From positions 1,117-65,116 of the forward strand of contig CAVVRF010000007.1 in the NCBI GenBank assembly GCA_963750535.1: a DNA stretch of 64,000 nt, written 5' to 3'. Below, piece after piece: positions 28,019 to 36,142 of the stretch. The notes beneath the pieces were generated by a model. That model was not told the origin of the DNA and did no database searches. It saw nothing but the letters and a program-made list of their open reading frames with translations. The first letter of the stretch is position 1. The number at the start of each line of letters is the position of its first letter. A program made the translations under genes and the position numbers. Origin of the DNA: an uncultured Alphaproteobacteria bacterium. Lineage in GTDB: Bacteria > Pseudomonadota > Alphaproteobacteria > Rhizobiales > Hyphomicrobiaceae.

Positions 28019-29419
28019 TCAGCCAACCGCGGTGTCGACCAGCAGCTTGACGTTGAGCGCAATGATCACCGCTCCGATCGCCGCCGCCACAGCGGTCAGC
28101 CATCGCGGTGCAACCAACTCGCCCATCTTGCTCCGGTTGGCCGTGAACATCACCAGCGGCACGATCGCGAATGGCAGCTGGAAGCTCAGTACTACTTGGC
28201 TCAGGATCAGTAGCTTGGCGGTGGCGCTCGAGCCAAAGAGGATGGTGACGATCGCCGCCGGCACGATCGCGACCGCGCGGGTCACCAGCCGCCTGAGCCA
28301 CGGCTTCAAGTGGAAATCGATGAAGCCTTCCATCACCGCTTGGCCGGCGAGCGTTGCCGTCACCGTCGAGTTCAGGCCGCAAGCGAGCAGCGCTATGCCA
28401 AACAGCGTAGGTGCGATCGACGCACCGAGCAGGGGCATCAACAGCGAATGGGCGTCGCCCAGCTCCGCTATGTCGGTGCGGCCGGTCTTATGGAAAGTCG
28501 CCGCGGCCAGAATGAGGATCGACGCGTTGATCAGCAGCGCAAACATCAGCGCGATGGTCGAATCGATTGTCGCATATTTCAAGGCGTCGCGCTTCTCGGA
28601 TATGTCGTCGCCATACGCTCGCGTCTGCACGATCGCGGAGTGGAGATACAGGTTGTGCGGCATCACCGTCGCGCCGATGATGCCGAGCGCCAGGAACAGC
28701 ATGTCCGGATTGGTCACCACTTGGGTGGTCGGCACGAAGCCTTGCAGCAGCGGGCCCCACTCCGGATTGGCCAGGGCGATCTGCACCGTAAAGCAAACCG
28801 CGATCACCATCAGCAGTGCGACGACGAACGCTTCGACCCAGCGGAAGCCCAGGTTCTGCAAACCGAGGATCAGGAAGACGTCGAGCGCCGTGATGATCAC
28901 GCCGATCTCGAGCGGCAGCCCGAACAGCAGATTGAGACCGATCGCCGTGCCGATCACCTCGGCGAGGTCGGTCGCGCAGATCGCCAGCTCGGCAAGCAGC
29001 CACAGTCCCCACACGACCGGCCGCGGATAGGCGTCACGGCAGGCCTGGGACAAGTCGCGTCCAGAGGCGACGCCAAGCCTGATGCACAGCGCCTGAAGTA
29101 TGATCGCCATGATATTCGAAAGCAGCGCGATGCACAGCAGCGCGTATCCGAACTTGGAGCCGCCGGCGAGTGAGGTCGCCCAGTTGCCCGGATCCATGTA
29201 GCCCACGGCAACAAGGTAGCCAGGTCCCATGAACGCGAACAGCCGCTGGAGCTTGCTGCCGCTCGCCGGCACGCGGATGCTGCGGAATACTTCCTCGAGC
29301 GGAGGGTTCTCGATCTCCCTGCGCCAGCTCCGCGATTTCGCTTCCGCGACCAGTCGGTTGCTCATGTATTCACCCTCTCGCATCGCATGCTCTTGATTGG
29401 TCCTGTTCGGGTCGGCCAT
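28019..29419 (-). CDS. mntH: Nramp family divalent metal (Mn2+/Fe2+) transporter
   Basis: [18 protein letters not shown] and [10 protein letters not shown] consensus Nramp motifs. The start may be M13 or M19 ([10 protein letters not shown]) rather than M1. Confidence 0.9.
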   Translation of the reverse strand: MADPNRTNQEHAMREGEYMSNRLVAEAKSRSWRREIENPPLEEVFRSIRVPASGSKLQRLFAFMGPGYLVAVGYMDPGNWATSLAGGSKFGYALLCIALLSNIMAIILQALCIRLGVASGRDLSQACRDAYPRPVVWGLWLLAELAICATDLAEVIGTAIGLNLLFGLPLEIGVIITALDVFLILGLQNLGFRWVEAFVVALLMVIAVCFTVQIALANPEWGPLLQGFVPTTQVVTNPDMLFLALGIIGATVMPHNLYLHSAIVQTRAYGDDISEKRDALKYATIDSTIALMFALLINASILILAAATFHKTGRTDIAELGDAHSLLMPLLGASIAPTLFGIALLACGLNSTVTATLAGQAVMEGFIDFHLKPWLRRLVTRAVAIVPAAIVTILFGSSATAKLLILSQVVLSFQLPFAIVPLVMFTANRSKMGELVAPRWLTAVAAAIGAVIIALNVKLLVDTAVG

Positions 29420-29439
29420 GCGCGGTGCCTAAAGGAGCT

Positions 29440-29468
29440 TAGTTGCAAATGATTGTCAATTGAAACTA
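29440..29468. promoter_or_regulatory. imperfect palindrome TAGTTGCAAATGATTGTCAATTGAAACTA upstream of mntH; candidate Mur/Fur-type operator
   Basis: An AT-rich dyad in an otherwise GC-rich intergenic region, 20-50 nt upstream of the mntH start. Mn-responsive Fur-family (Mur) control of mntH is established in rhizobia. The site assignment is inference. Confidence 0.3.
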
Positions 29469-29510
29469 GCGTGCGTGCGTTGCAGGCCGCTGAACTCCGG
29501 CCCATCGGAC

Positions 29511-30695
29511 CTACGACAGCGGCAGGCGTCGGTGTATGCCAGGTCGGTCTGGATCATGGAACTTGTTATAGGGTCCATGCTCGATGAACAGATTGTGGCA
29601 ATGGGCCAATCGTTTCCTACACAACGTCACCCCTAGTCCCGGCCCGGTCGGCACGTCCACGATATTGTTTCGGGGCCGGAACGGACCTTCTTCGATCACG
29701 TCGATCGGCTGCATCCGGAACAGCGATTGACTTGGCTCCCGGATCCACTGGCAAGCCGCGGCGATATGCAGGTAGGCGGCGCTTGCGACACCGGAATCGC
29801 CCGAATACAGCCAGAAATCGATGCCCATGTGCTCGCACGCCCCGATGAACTTCATTGTGCGGGCGATGCCTCCATGCACATTGATGTCGGTGCAGACTGC
29901 GTCGGGTATGCCCAGTGCGGCAAACCGCCTCACGTCGACGTTATGCGTCGAAAATGGGATCGAGGTGTGCTGGCGCAGCCTCGCCAGCTCTTCCGGCGTG
30001 GCAACCGGATCCTCCCAGTTGCGGATGGCCATCGGCTCGATGGCGCGAGCGATCTGCGTCGCCGTGGCCAGCGAATAGGCCATGTTACTGTCAATGCGCA
30101 GCATCGCGCCATCGCCGAGCGCTTCGCGCAGCAGCCGCAACATGCGGATGCTAGGTTCGGGATCAGCTGTCGAGAACTTGCCTTCGAAGAACGTGGTGCC
30201 GTGCTCCTCGCGCAGGCGCAGGCAGTAATCGACCACGTCCTCCGGCCGCGCCTCGCCACCGATCGCCCCCGCCGCCTCACGAAAGCCGAAGTAGTCCGTG
30301 AACGGTATCGCGGTACGAACCGCACCGCCGAGTAGCGCATACAACGGCTGCCCCCAGGCTTTTCCGCGCATATCCCACAAGGCCATCTCGATGGCGCCGA
30401 ATGCGCGAATGGCGGCAAAATCGATCGATGTCGAGACGCCGCGCCAACTTGGCAGGCAACACAGTTCGGCCGTCGCGATGTCGATCGGATCGCGGCCGAG
30501 CAGCCGCGGCGCGAAGCTCGAATTGATGACCTCCGCATTGGCATGCGACGGGCCTTCGCCCAGGCCCACGAGCCCGACATCGGTCTCGACCTCGACAATC
30601 GTCTTCGAGAAGCCGGCCAGCGAGCCGTACGACCACAGGTAGGGCGCTTCTAGCGGGATGTTGACCGGCGTGGCGCGGATCGCGGTAATTTTCAT
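29511..30695 (-). CDS. mandelate racemase / muconate lactonizing enzyme family protein (enolase superfamily)
   Basis: MKITAIRATPVNIPLEAPYLWSYGSL capping domain plus a barrel with metal ligands (..RIDSNMAY.., ..EDP.., ..DIN..). About 394 aa. Confidence 0.8.
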   Translation of the reverse strand: MKITAIRATPVNIPLEAPYLWSYGSLAGFSKTIVEVETDVGLVGLGEGPSHANAEVINSSFAPRLLGRDPIDIATAELCCLPSWRGVSTSIDFAAIRAFGAIEMALWDMRGKAWGQPLYALLGGAVRTAIPFTDYFGFREAAGAIGGEARPEDVVDYCLRLREEHGTTFFEGKFSTADPEPSIRMLRLLREALGDGAMLRIDSNMAYSLATATQIARAIEPMAIRNWEDPVATPEELARLRQHTSIPFSTHNVDVRRFAALGIPDAVCTDINVHGGIARTMKFIGACEHMGIDFWLYSGDSGVASAAYLHIAAACQWIREPSQSLFRMQPIDVIEEGPFRPRNNIVDVPTGPGLGVTLCRKRLAHCHNLFIEHGPYNKFHDPDRPGIHRRLPLS

Positions 30696-30945
30696 AGGTT
30701 GCTCGCATGCGGAGAAGCATGAAAGTCGAAACCATAGACCGCCGGAGCTCTGCCGTCAGTCCTTGCATGAAACGGTGATCGCCGCCCGCCGCAGAGCCGG
30801 CACAGCAAGATCACGTTGCGCACGAAAATCCGCCGCAATTTTCCTGCATCTGAGCAATTCTCGCCAAATCGCCTCGTGTCCGGGCTCGTTCGGGTCCCGG
30901 CTGGCGCGCGCCGCTCTGCGGTGGTGTGTTCCGCGTGGTGGGAAT

Positions 30946-31019
30946 GCGCGTGTAGCTCAGTGGTAGAGCGTCCGGTTGCTACCGGGAGGTCGAGGGTTCG
31001 ATTCCCTTTGCGTGCTCCA
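30946..31019 (+). tRNA. tRNA-like gene 1 (type I cloverleaf, anticodon loop TTGCTAC = GCU, encoded CCA); identity uncertain, possibly degenerate
   Basis: GCGCGTG-TA-GCTCAGTGGTAGAGC-G-TCCGGTTGCTACCGGGA-GGTC-GAGGGTTCGATTCCCTT-TGCGTGC-T-CCA. D and T arms are canonical. The acceptor stem closes only with 3 G-U pairs, and the anticodon stem has one G/G mismatch. A GCU anticodon with a short variable arm is atypical for Ser. Confidence 0.5.
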
Positions 31020-31020
31020 A

Positions 31021-31093
31021 AGACGACTAGCTCAGTGGATAGAGCACCAGACTGTTAATCTGGCTGTCGTGGGTTCGACTCCCATGTCGCAAA
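31021..31093 (+). tRNA. tRNA-Asn-like gene 2 (anticodon GUU; loop CTGTTAA), 1 nt after tRNA-like 1; acceptor stem defective
   Basis: AGACGAC-TA-GCTCAGTGGATAGAGC-A-CCAGACTGTTAATCTGG-CTGTC-GTGGGTTCGACTCCCAT-GTCGCAA-A. The anticodon arm is perfect. Only 4 of 7 acceptor pairs form (first three 5' nt unpaired), and no CCA is encoded. Confidence 0.55.
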
Positions 31094-31412
31094 CTTCGCC
31101 TGAAAAGCGAAATCGATGAAGGGGAGCCGGTCGCTGTCCACGCTGCCGGAAGCACGATCCCGGAGGCTTCGGCCGAAGGGGGAAGGCAGACGGCAGCAAG
31201 CGGCGATCACGCCACGCGCCGAAGCGGATACCGCGATCGTTCGCGGCCGACGAGCACCGGGTACCGGCGCCTGATCTACGGAGCAGGCGGACGCAACCCG
31301 GGCGCCAAGGCCAAGGAGGATCGCTCAAGCTTCGGCCCGCGAGGTCGGCGTCGGTCAGCGACCGGCGACCTGCTTTTTGAGGAAGTGAAAGAAAAGAAAC
31401 GAGAAAAGTGTC

Positions 31413-32588
31413 ATGTCACGCAACGTCAACACCGGCATCTTCCATACCGTCACGGTCCGTGACGACGAGCGCGCGTTCCTGTACCGCGACGGCCGTTTCG
31501 AGCGCCTGCTCGAGCCGGGTCGCTTCCGCACGCTCGATTTCGGCGGACATCTGACGAGCGAAGTGGTGAAGGTCGTGCGTGCCGAGTTCCCGGCCGAGCG
31601 GGCGCGGCTGTTCGAAAAGACGCAGCCCGATCTTGCGTCGAAGCATTTCGTGCTCGTGCAGCCGTCGTCCACCGAGGTCGCGATCGTCTCATTCGACGGC
31701 GAGCCGAAGCACGTCGCGCTGCCGAATACCACGCGCGCCTTCTGGAAGACGCTGACGCTGGTCGAGGTCGACATGATCGACACCGCCAGCGATCCGCGGG
31801 TGGCCAAGAAGCACCTCGACAAGATGGACCTGCGCGGCACGACCCTTGTGCAGGCGGTGGTCGAGGCACACGAGGCCGGCTTGCTGTTCATCGACGGCCA
31901 GCTGAAGGAGCGGCTTGGTCCCGGCCGGCACGCGTTCTGGCAGATCGGCCGCACGGTCCGCATCGGCAAGGTCGACCTGCGTCCCCGCCCGCATGAGGTG
32001 ACGGCGCAGGAGATCCTGACCAAGGACCGGATCGGCATCCGGGTGACGCTGACCGCGTTCACCAGGGTGATCGACCCGGAGAAGGCGACGCTGGCGGCGG
32101 CAGACCTCGACAACACGGTCTACCGTCTGATCCAGTTCGCGATCCGCGAGGCGGTGGCGACACGCACGCTGGACGAGATCCTCAGCGCGCGCGACACCAT
32201 CGACCGCGAGGTTCGCGGCTTCGTCACCGAGCGGGTGAAGGAGCTCGGCATCGAGATCGGCGAGATCGGCGTCAAGGACGTCATCCTGCCGGGCGACGTG
32301 CGCGAGCTTCTGAACAAGGTCGTGGAGGCGGAACGGGTGGCGAAGGCCAACCTGATCCGCCGCCAGGAAGAGACGGCTGCGACGCGTTCGCTGCTCAACA
32401 CGTCGCGGCTGATGGAGGACAACCCTCTGCTGCTGCGGCTGAAGGAGCTCGAGGCGCTGGAAAAGCTGGTCGAGAAGGTCGGCCGCATCGACCTGCACAC
32501 CGGCCAGGGTGCCGGTGGCTTCGACGCGCTGCTGACCGGCCTCTACCGATTGAACGCGGAGGGCGCGAAGCCGGCCGCCAAGGGCTGA
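31413..32588 (+). CDS. SPFH/band-7 (stomatin/prohibitin-like) domain protein with ~200-aa N-terminal extension
   Basis: C-terminal half (…ILSARDTIDREVRGFVTERVKELGIEIGEIGVKDVILPGDVRELLNKVVEAERVAKANLIRRQEETAATR…) is a classic SPFH domain with a coiled-coil tail. A rho-independent terminator-like hairpin plus T6 run follows at ~32613-32640. Confidence 0.8.
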   Translation: MSRNVNTGIFHTVTVRDDERAFLYRDGRFERLLEPGRFRTLDFGGHLTSEVVKVVRAEFPAERARLFEKTQPDLASKHFVLVQPSSTEVAIVSFDGEPKHVALPNTTRAFWKTLTLVEVDMIDTASDPRVAKKHLDKMDLRGTTLVQAVVEAHEAGLLFIDGQLKERLGPGRHAFWQIGRTVRIGKVDLRPRPHEVTAQEILTKDRIGIRVTLTAFTRVIDPEKATLAAADLDNTVYRLIQFAIREAVATRTLDEILSARDTIDREVRGFVTERVKELGIEIGEIGVKDVILPGDVRELLNKVVEAERVAKANLIRRQEETAATRSLLNTSRLMEDNPLLLRLKELEALEKLVEKVGRIDLHTGQGAGGFDALLTGLYRLNAEGAKPAAKG

Positions 32589-32612
32589 AGTCGCGCGGTA
32601 CATGATTGAGAA

Positions 32613-32640
32613 GGGGCGGTCCTACGGGCCGCCCTTTTTT
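32613..32640. terminator. GC hairpin (GGGCGG...CCGCCC) followed by TTTTTT between convergent SPFH and rlpA genes
   Basis: Read from the sequence aaggggcggtcctacgggccgccctttttt. Confidence 0.5.
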
Positions 32641-32651
32641 CCGCGCCGCTG

Positions 32652-33125
32652 CTAACGGACTTCCTCGAGCTCGACCCGAACGAGGCCTTTGGCCTTGAAG
32701 CCCAGGATCTCCGCCGCCCGGTCGGACAGGTCGACGACCCGGTCGGGCTTGAACGGTCCGCGATCATTGATGCGCACCACCACTGAGCGGCCGCTCTCGA
32801 CGTTGGTCACCTTGACCCGAGTGTTCATCGGCAGCGTGCGGTGCGCGGCGGTCAATGCGTTCTTGTCGAACGGCTCGCCCGATGCCGTCGTATTGCTCTG
32901 CCAGTAGTAGGAAGCGAGGCCGGCCATTGCGTGCGGCGATGCCGCCTTGAGTTCGCGGCCGGCACCGGCTTCGACCCGCGGCAGCGCGGCCGTCGTGATC
33001 GGGCCGGAACGCTGTGATGCGCCTACAACGGTCGTGTTCCAGTGCCGCTCGTAGTGCTGGGCGACGGCGCCGTGTGTCGGCAGCAGCGACAAGACTGCGA
33101 TGGTGGCAAGCGAAGCGATGCGCAT
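32652..33125 (-). CDS. rlpA: septal ring lytic transglycosylase RlpA family protein (DPBB domain), paralog 1
   Basis: Signal peptide MRIASLATIAVLSLLPTHGAVA, then ASYYWQ...TASGEPFD...TAAHRTLP.NTRVKVTN..SGRSVVVRINDRGPF...VDLSDRAAEILGF, the RlpA double-psi beta-barrel. Confidence 0.8.
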   Translation of the reverse strand: MRIASLATIAVLSLLPTHGAVAQHYERHWNTTVVGASQRSGPITTAALPRVEAGAGRELKAASPHAMAGLASYYWQSNTTASGEPFDKNALTAAHRTLPMNTRVKVTNVESGRSVVVRINDRGPFKPDRVVDLSDRAAEILGFKAKGLVRVELEEVR

Positions 33126-33271
33126 GGGCTCGAGCATGTCTGGCGCCAAGGTGGCAATCCGAAGGCACCGATTAGCGCGATTCGGGGTTTTCCACCGATG
33201 TCGAAGAACGCTTCGGCGGGGAGAAGGTTCCCCCTCCCCCCGCCGCACGCGAGCATACCGAAATGTCCGGC

Positions 33272-33832
33272 TTAGCGGCCGAGCACGGTGAGGCGGACTG
33301 GAACCACGCCGGAGCCCTTCATGTTGATCGCGCCGGCGGCCGCCGACGACAGGTCAATGACACGGCCGGCGACGAAGGGCCCGCGATCGTTGATCACGAC
33401 CTCCACCGACTGGCCATTGTGCGCATTGGTGACGCGCACGCGGGTGCCGAATGGCAGCGTCTTGTGCGCCGCGGTCATGGCATTCGGGTTGAACCAGCCA
33501 CCCGAAGCGACCCGCTGCGGCTGCCAGTAGTAGGAGGCGAGGCCGGAGCCGACGCTCGAGCCGACGCTCGAGCCGCCCTCACCGCCGCCGCTGCGCGAGC
33601 GCCGGCTGCGAACCGGAGCCTCGTCGTCCTGGCTGGCGCGCGCCGTGCGTGTCCGACGCTCGCTGCGCGCTTCCCCCCGATCGCCGCGATTGCTGCGCTC
33701 CGCATTGCGCTCGGCCTCGCGACGGAAATAGCTGTCACCCAAAATCGAGTCCTTCCAATCTGCGCTTGCCGGACTTGCATCGATAAGACCCAGCGTCATT
33801 ACCGCGAGCGCGGCAAACAGGAACTGCCTCAT
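33272..33832 (-). CDS. RlpA family protein (DPBB domain), paralog 2 with Arg/Ser/Glu-rich linker
   Basis: Signal peptide MRQFLFAALAVMTLGLIDASPASA, low-complexity linker, then ASYYWQPQRVASGGWFNPNAMTAAHKTLPFGTRVRVTNAHNGQSVEVVINDRGPFVAGRVIDLSSAAAGAI. Confidence 0.8.
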   Translation of the reverse strand: MRQFLFAALAVMTLGLIDASPASADWKDSILGDSYFRREAERNAERSNRGDRGEARSERRTRTARASQDDEAPVRSRRSRSGGGEGGSSVGSSVGSGLASYYWQPQRVASGGWFNPNAMTAAHKTLPFGTRVRVTNAHNGQSVEVVINDRGPFVAGRVIDLSSAAAGAINMKGSGVVPVRLTVLGR

Positions 33833-33878
33833 GATGTCCTACTCCTTTTACTCTTTATGCTGACCTCCACCGGAGGTG

Positions 33879-33916
33879 GAAAACAACAACGCGCTGCCTC
33901 GGTCAGAGGCAGCGCG
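33879..33916 (-). terminator. rho-independent terminator of the SDR gene (11-bp perfect stem CGCGCTGCCTC/GAGGCAGCGCG, loop, then U-tract on the minus strand)
   Basis: Minus-strand reading cgcgctgcctctgaccgaggcagcgcg-ttgttgtttt. A second short hairpin (CCACCGGAGGTGG) and an AAGGAG RBS follow before the rlpA paralog 2 start. Confidence 0.6.
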
Positions 33917-34042
33917 TTGCGAATTGCGGGGTAGATGACCTTGTTAACTTATTCTATGGCGGATCAGCATTATGGTTAATACCATTCAGAGCAAATCTCA
34001 GCCGATTCCGGACGCGAGACCGATCGCTCACTAAGCTGATCA

Positions 34043-34822
34043 TCAGAACGTGCTGTTGAACGATCCGCCGTCGATGACGATGTTCTGGCCGGTGATGAAT
34101 CCGGCATGTGCCGAGCACAGGAAAGCGGCGGTTGCACCGAACTCGGTCGTGGTGCCGAAGCGGCCGGCCGGCACTTCCTTCTTGCGTGCCTCGTGCACCT
34201 CTTCGTACGAAACGCCGCGTGCGGCAGCCATCTTGGCTGTGGTGCCGCGCAGTCGATCCGTCTCGAATGGTCCTGGCAGCAGGGCGTTGATCGTAACGTT
34301 GCGCGGCGCGGTCTTGCGCGACAATGCCGCCACCGCGCCGGTCAATCCGGCACGCGCCCCGTTCGACAACTCGAGTGTCGGGATCGGGCATTTCACCGAG
34401 AAGCTCGTGATGTTGAGGATGCGCCCGAAGCCGCGCTCCATCATGCCGTATACCGTGGCGTGGATCAGCGCGAGCGGCGAAATCATGTTGCCCTCGACCG
34501 CCGCCCGCCAGTCGTCCATCGAGAAGTCCTTGAAGTCGCCAGGGGGTGGTCCGCCGGCATTGTTGATCAGGATGTCCGGGTTCGGGCAGGCGGCGAGCAG
34601 CGCCTTGCGACCGGCATCGGTCGTCACGTCGCAGGCGACGGCATTGACTTTCGCTCCCGTTGCCTTGCCGATCGCGGCGGCGGTGGCTTCGAGGACGTCC
34701 CTGGTCCGCGCGCAGATGGTGAGCTCGACGCCTTCCGCCGCCAATGCCTCGGCGCAGCCAAGTCCAAGTCCCTTCGAGGCTGCGCACACGATCGCCTTGC
34801 GACCCCTGATGCCAAGATCCAT
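34043..34822 (-). CDS. SDR family NAD(P)-dependent oxidoreductase
   Basis: TGxxxGxG (CAASKGLGLG), NNAG, and the catalytic S-Y-K region of a classical short-chain dehydrogenase. Length 259 aa. Confidence 0.9.
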   Translation of the reverse strand: MDLGIRGRKAIVCAASKGLGLGCAEALAAEGVELTICARTRDVLEATAAAIGKATGAKVNAVACDVTTDAGRKALLAACPNPDILINNAGGPPPGDFKDFSMDDWRAAVEGNMISPLALIHATVYGMMERGFGRILNITSFSVKCPIPTLELSNGARAGLTGAVAALSRKTAPRNVTINALLPGPFETDRLRGTTAKMAAARGVSYEEVHEARKKEVPAGRFGTTTEFGATAAFLCSAHAGFITGQNIVIDGGSFNSTF

Positions 34823-34920
34823 GACGTCCTCCGGAATGAATTTCGGCCGCGAGGTTGGAGGCTCGCGGGGTACGGCGTCAAGGCCGCTCGAAGGCGCCAG
34901 GGGATATCATCCGCGCGGTA

Positions 34921-35280
34921 TTATTTTCGCGCGCCGGCCTGCTGCCACAGCCCGAGTGCACCCAGTGCCGCGACGGCAAGTCCTGCCGCCACGTGCATTG
35001 GCCGCAGCATGCCGCCAGCGCCATAGCCGAGGACGAACGGTGACGCTGCGGTCCAGATGCCGCAAGCCAGCAGGCCCGCCTCGAGCCAGCCGCGAAACCG
35101 GACCAGGTCGAGCTCGGCGAGCAGAAGGACGGCAAGTCCGGCCAGCGCCGCGTTGATGATCGCCGGACTATGGCTGATCTCATTGGCCAGCCAAGGCGCG
35201 AATATGATCAACAGGCCAAGCGCTATTCCGAGCCAATCCTCCCAGGAGCGATGCGTGCGAAGACCGTTCTGTTCCGACAT
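34921..35280 (-). CDS. SPW-repeat membrane protein
   Basis: Four TM helices carrying APW/SPF motifs (LLIIFAPWLANE; IWTAASPFVLGY) characteristic of SPW-repeat proteins. The start is set at MSEQNG. Confidence 0.55.
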   Translation of the reverse strand: MSEQNGLRTHRSWEDWLGIALGLLIIFAPWLANEISHSPAIINAALAGLAVLLLAELDLVRFRGWLEAGLLACGIWTAASPFVLGYGAGGMLRPMHVAAGLAVAALGALGLWQQAGARK

Positions 35281-35427
35281 GGCAGCCTCATGACCGTTGC
35301 CCGACCGTTCAGTCTCAACCCGGGGCCGGATGGTGACATCCATCATCGCCGCGCGCAAATGACATTGCCCGGCGTCAATTGCTGCTGTTGGCGGCAGCGA
35401 ACCTGTCGGCTCGAGCGCGCCGAGGCC

Positions 35428-36081
35428 TCAAATCTTCTGCCCGGTCTTTTTCCAGTCGGCGGTGAACTGCTCCAGCCCCTTGTCGGTCAGCGGGTGCTTG
35501 ACGAGGGCCTTCAGGATCGCCGGCGGGACGGTCGCCACGTCGGCGCCGATCATCGCCGCCTGTTTGACGTGGTTCACGGTGCGGATCGAGGCCGCCAGGA
35601 TCTCGGTCGAGAGGCTGGCGTAGTTCTCGTAGATGGTGCGGATCTCGCTGATCAGCTCCATGCCTTCGATCCCCTGGTCATCCAGGCGCCCGATGAACGG
35701 CGAGACGAACGTCGCCCCGGCCTTGGCCGCCAGCAGCGCCTGGTTGGCCGAGAAACACAGCGTCACATTGACCATGGTGCCCTCGGCGGTCAGCGTCTTG
35801 CACGCCTTGAGGCCGTCCCAGGTCATCGGCAGCTTCACAGTCACGTTGTTCGCGATCTTCGCCAGCGTGCGGCCCTCGGCAATCATGCCGTCGTAGTCGA
35901 GGGCCGCGACCTCGGCGCTCACCGGGCCCGGCACGATCGCGCAGATTTCCTTTATGATGGTCTTGAAGTCGCGACCGGACTTGGCAACCAGCGATGGATT
36001 GGTGGTGACGCCGTCGAGCAGTCCGGTCGAGGCCAGCTCGGCGATCTCGGCCACGTCCGCGGTGTCGACGAAGAACTTCAT
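35428..36081 (-). CDS. transaldolase / fructose-6-phosphate aldolase (short TalC/Fsa subfamily)
   Basis: [36 protein letters not shown]...[10 protein letters not shown], with the Schiff-base Lys in the ...VTVKLPMT... region. Length 217 aa. Confidence 0.85.
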   Translation of the reverse strand: MKFFVDTADVAEIAELASTGLLDGVTTNPSLVAKSGRDFKTIIKEICAIVPGPVSAEVAALDYDGMIAEGRTLAKIANNVTVKLPMTWDGLKACKTLTAEGTMVNVTLCFSANQALLAAKAGATFVSPFIGRLDDQGIEGMELISEIRTIYENYASLSTEILAASIRTVNHVKQAAMIGADVATVPPAILKALVKHPLTDKGLEQFTADWKKTGQKI

Positions 36082-36142
36082 GGTAACAGCCTCCCTGGCG
36101 CCTTGGGACCATCGCAATTGACGGCCTAGGCTTGGTGTTCGA

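Noticed and set aside
31032-31328. 98-aa minus-strand ORF covering the tRNA-like genes
   Set aside because: Its C-terminus (…DMGVEPTTARLTVWCSIH) is simply the reverse-strand reading of the tRNA T arm and D arm, so it is not a protein gene.
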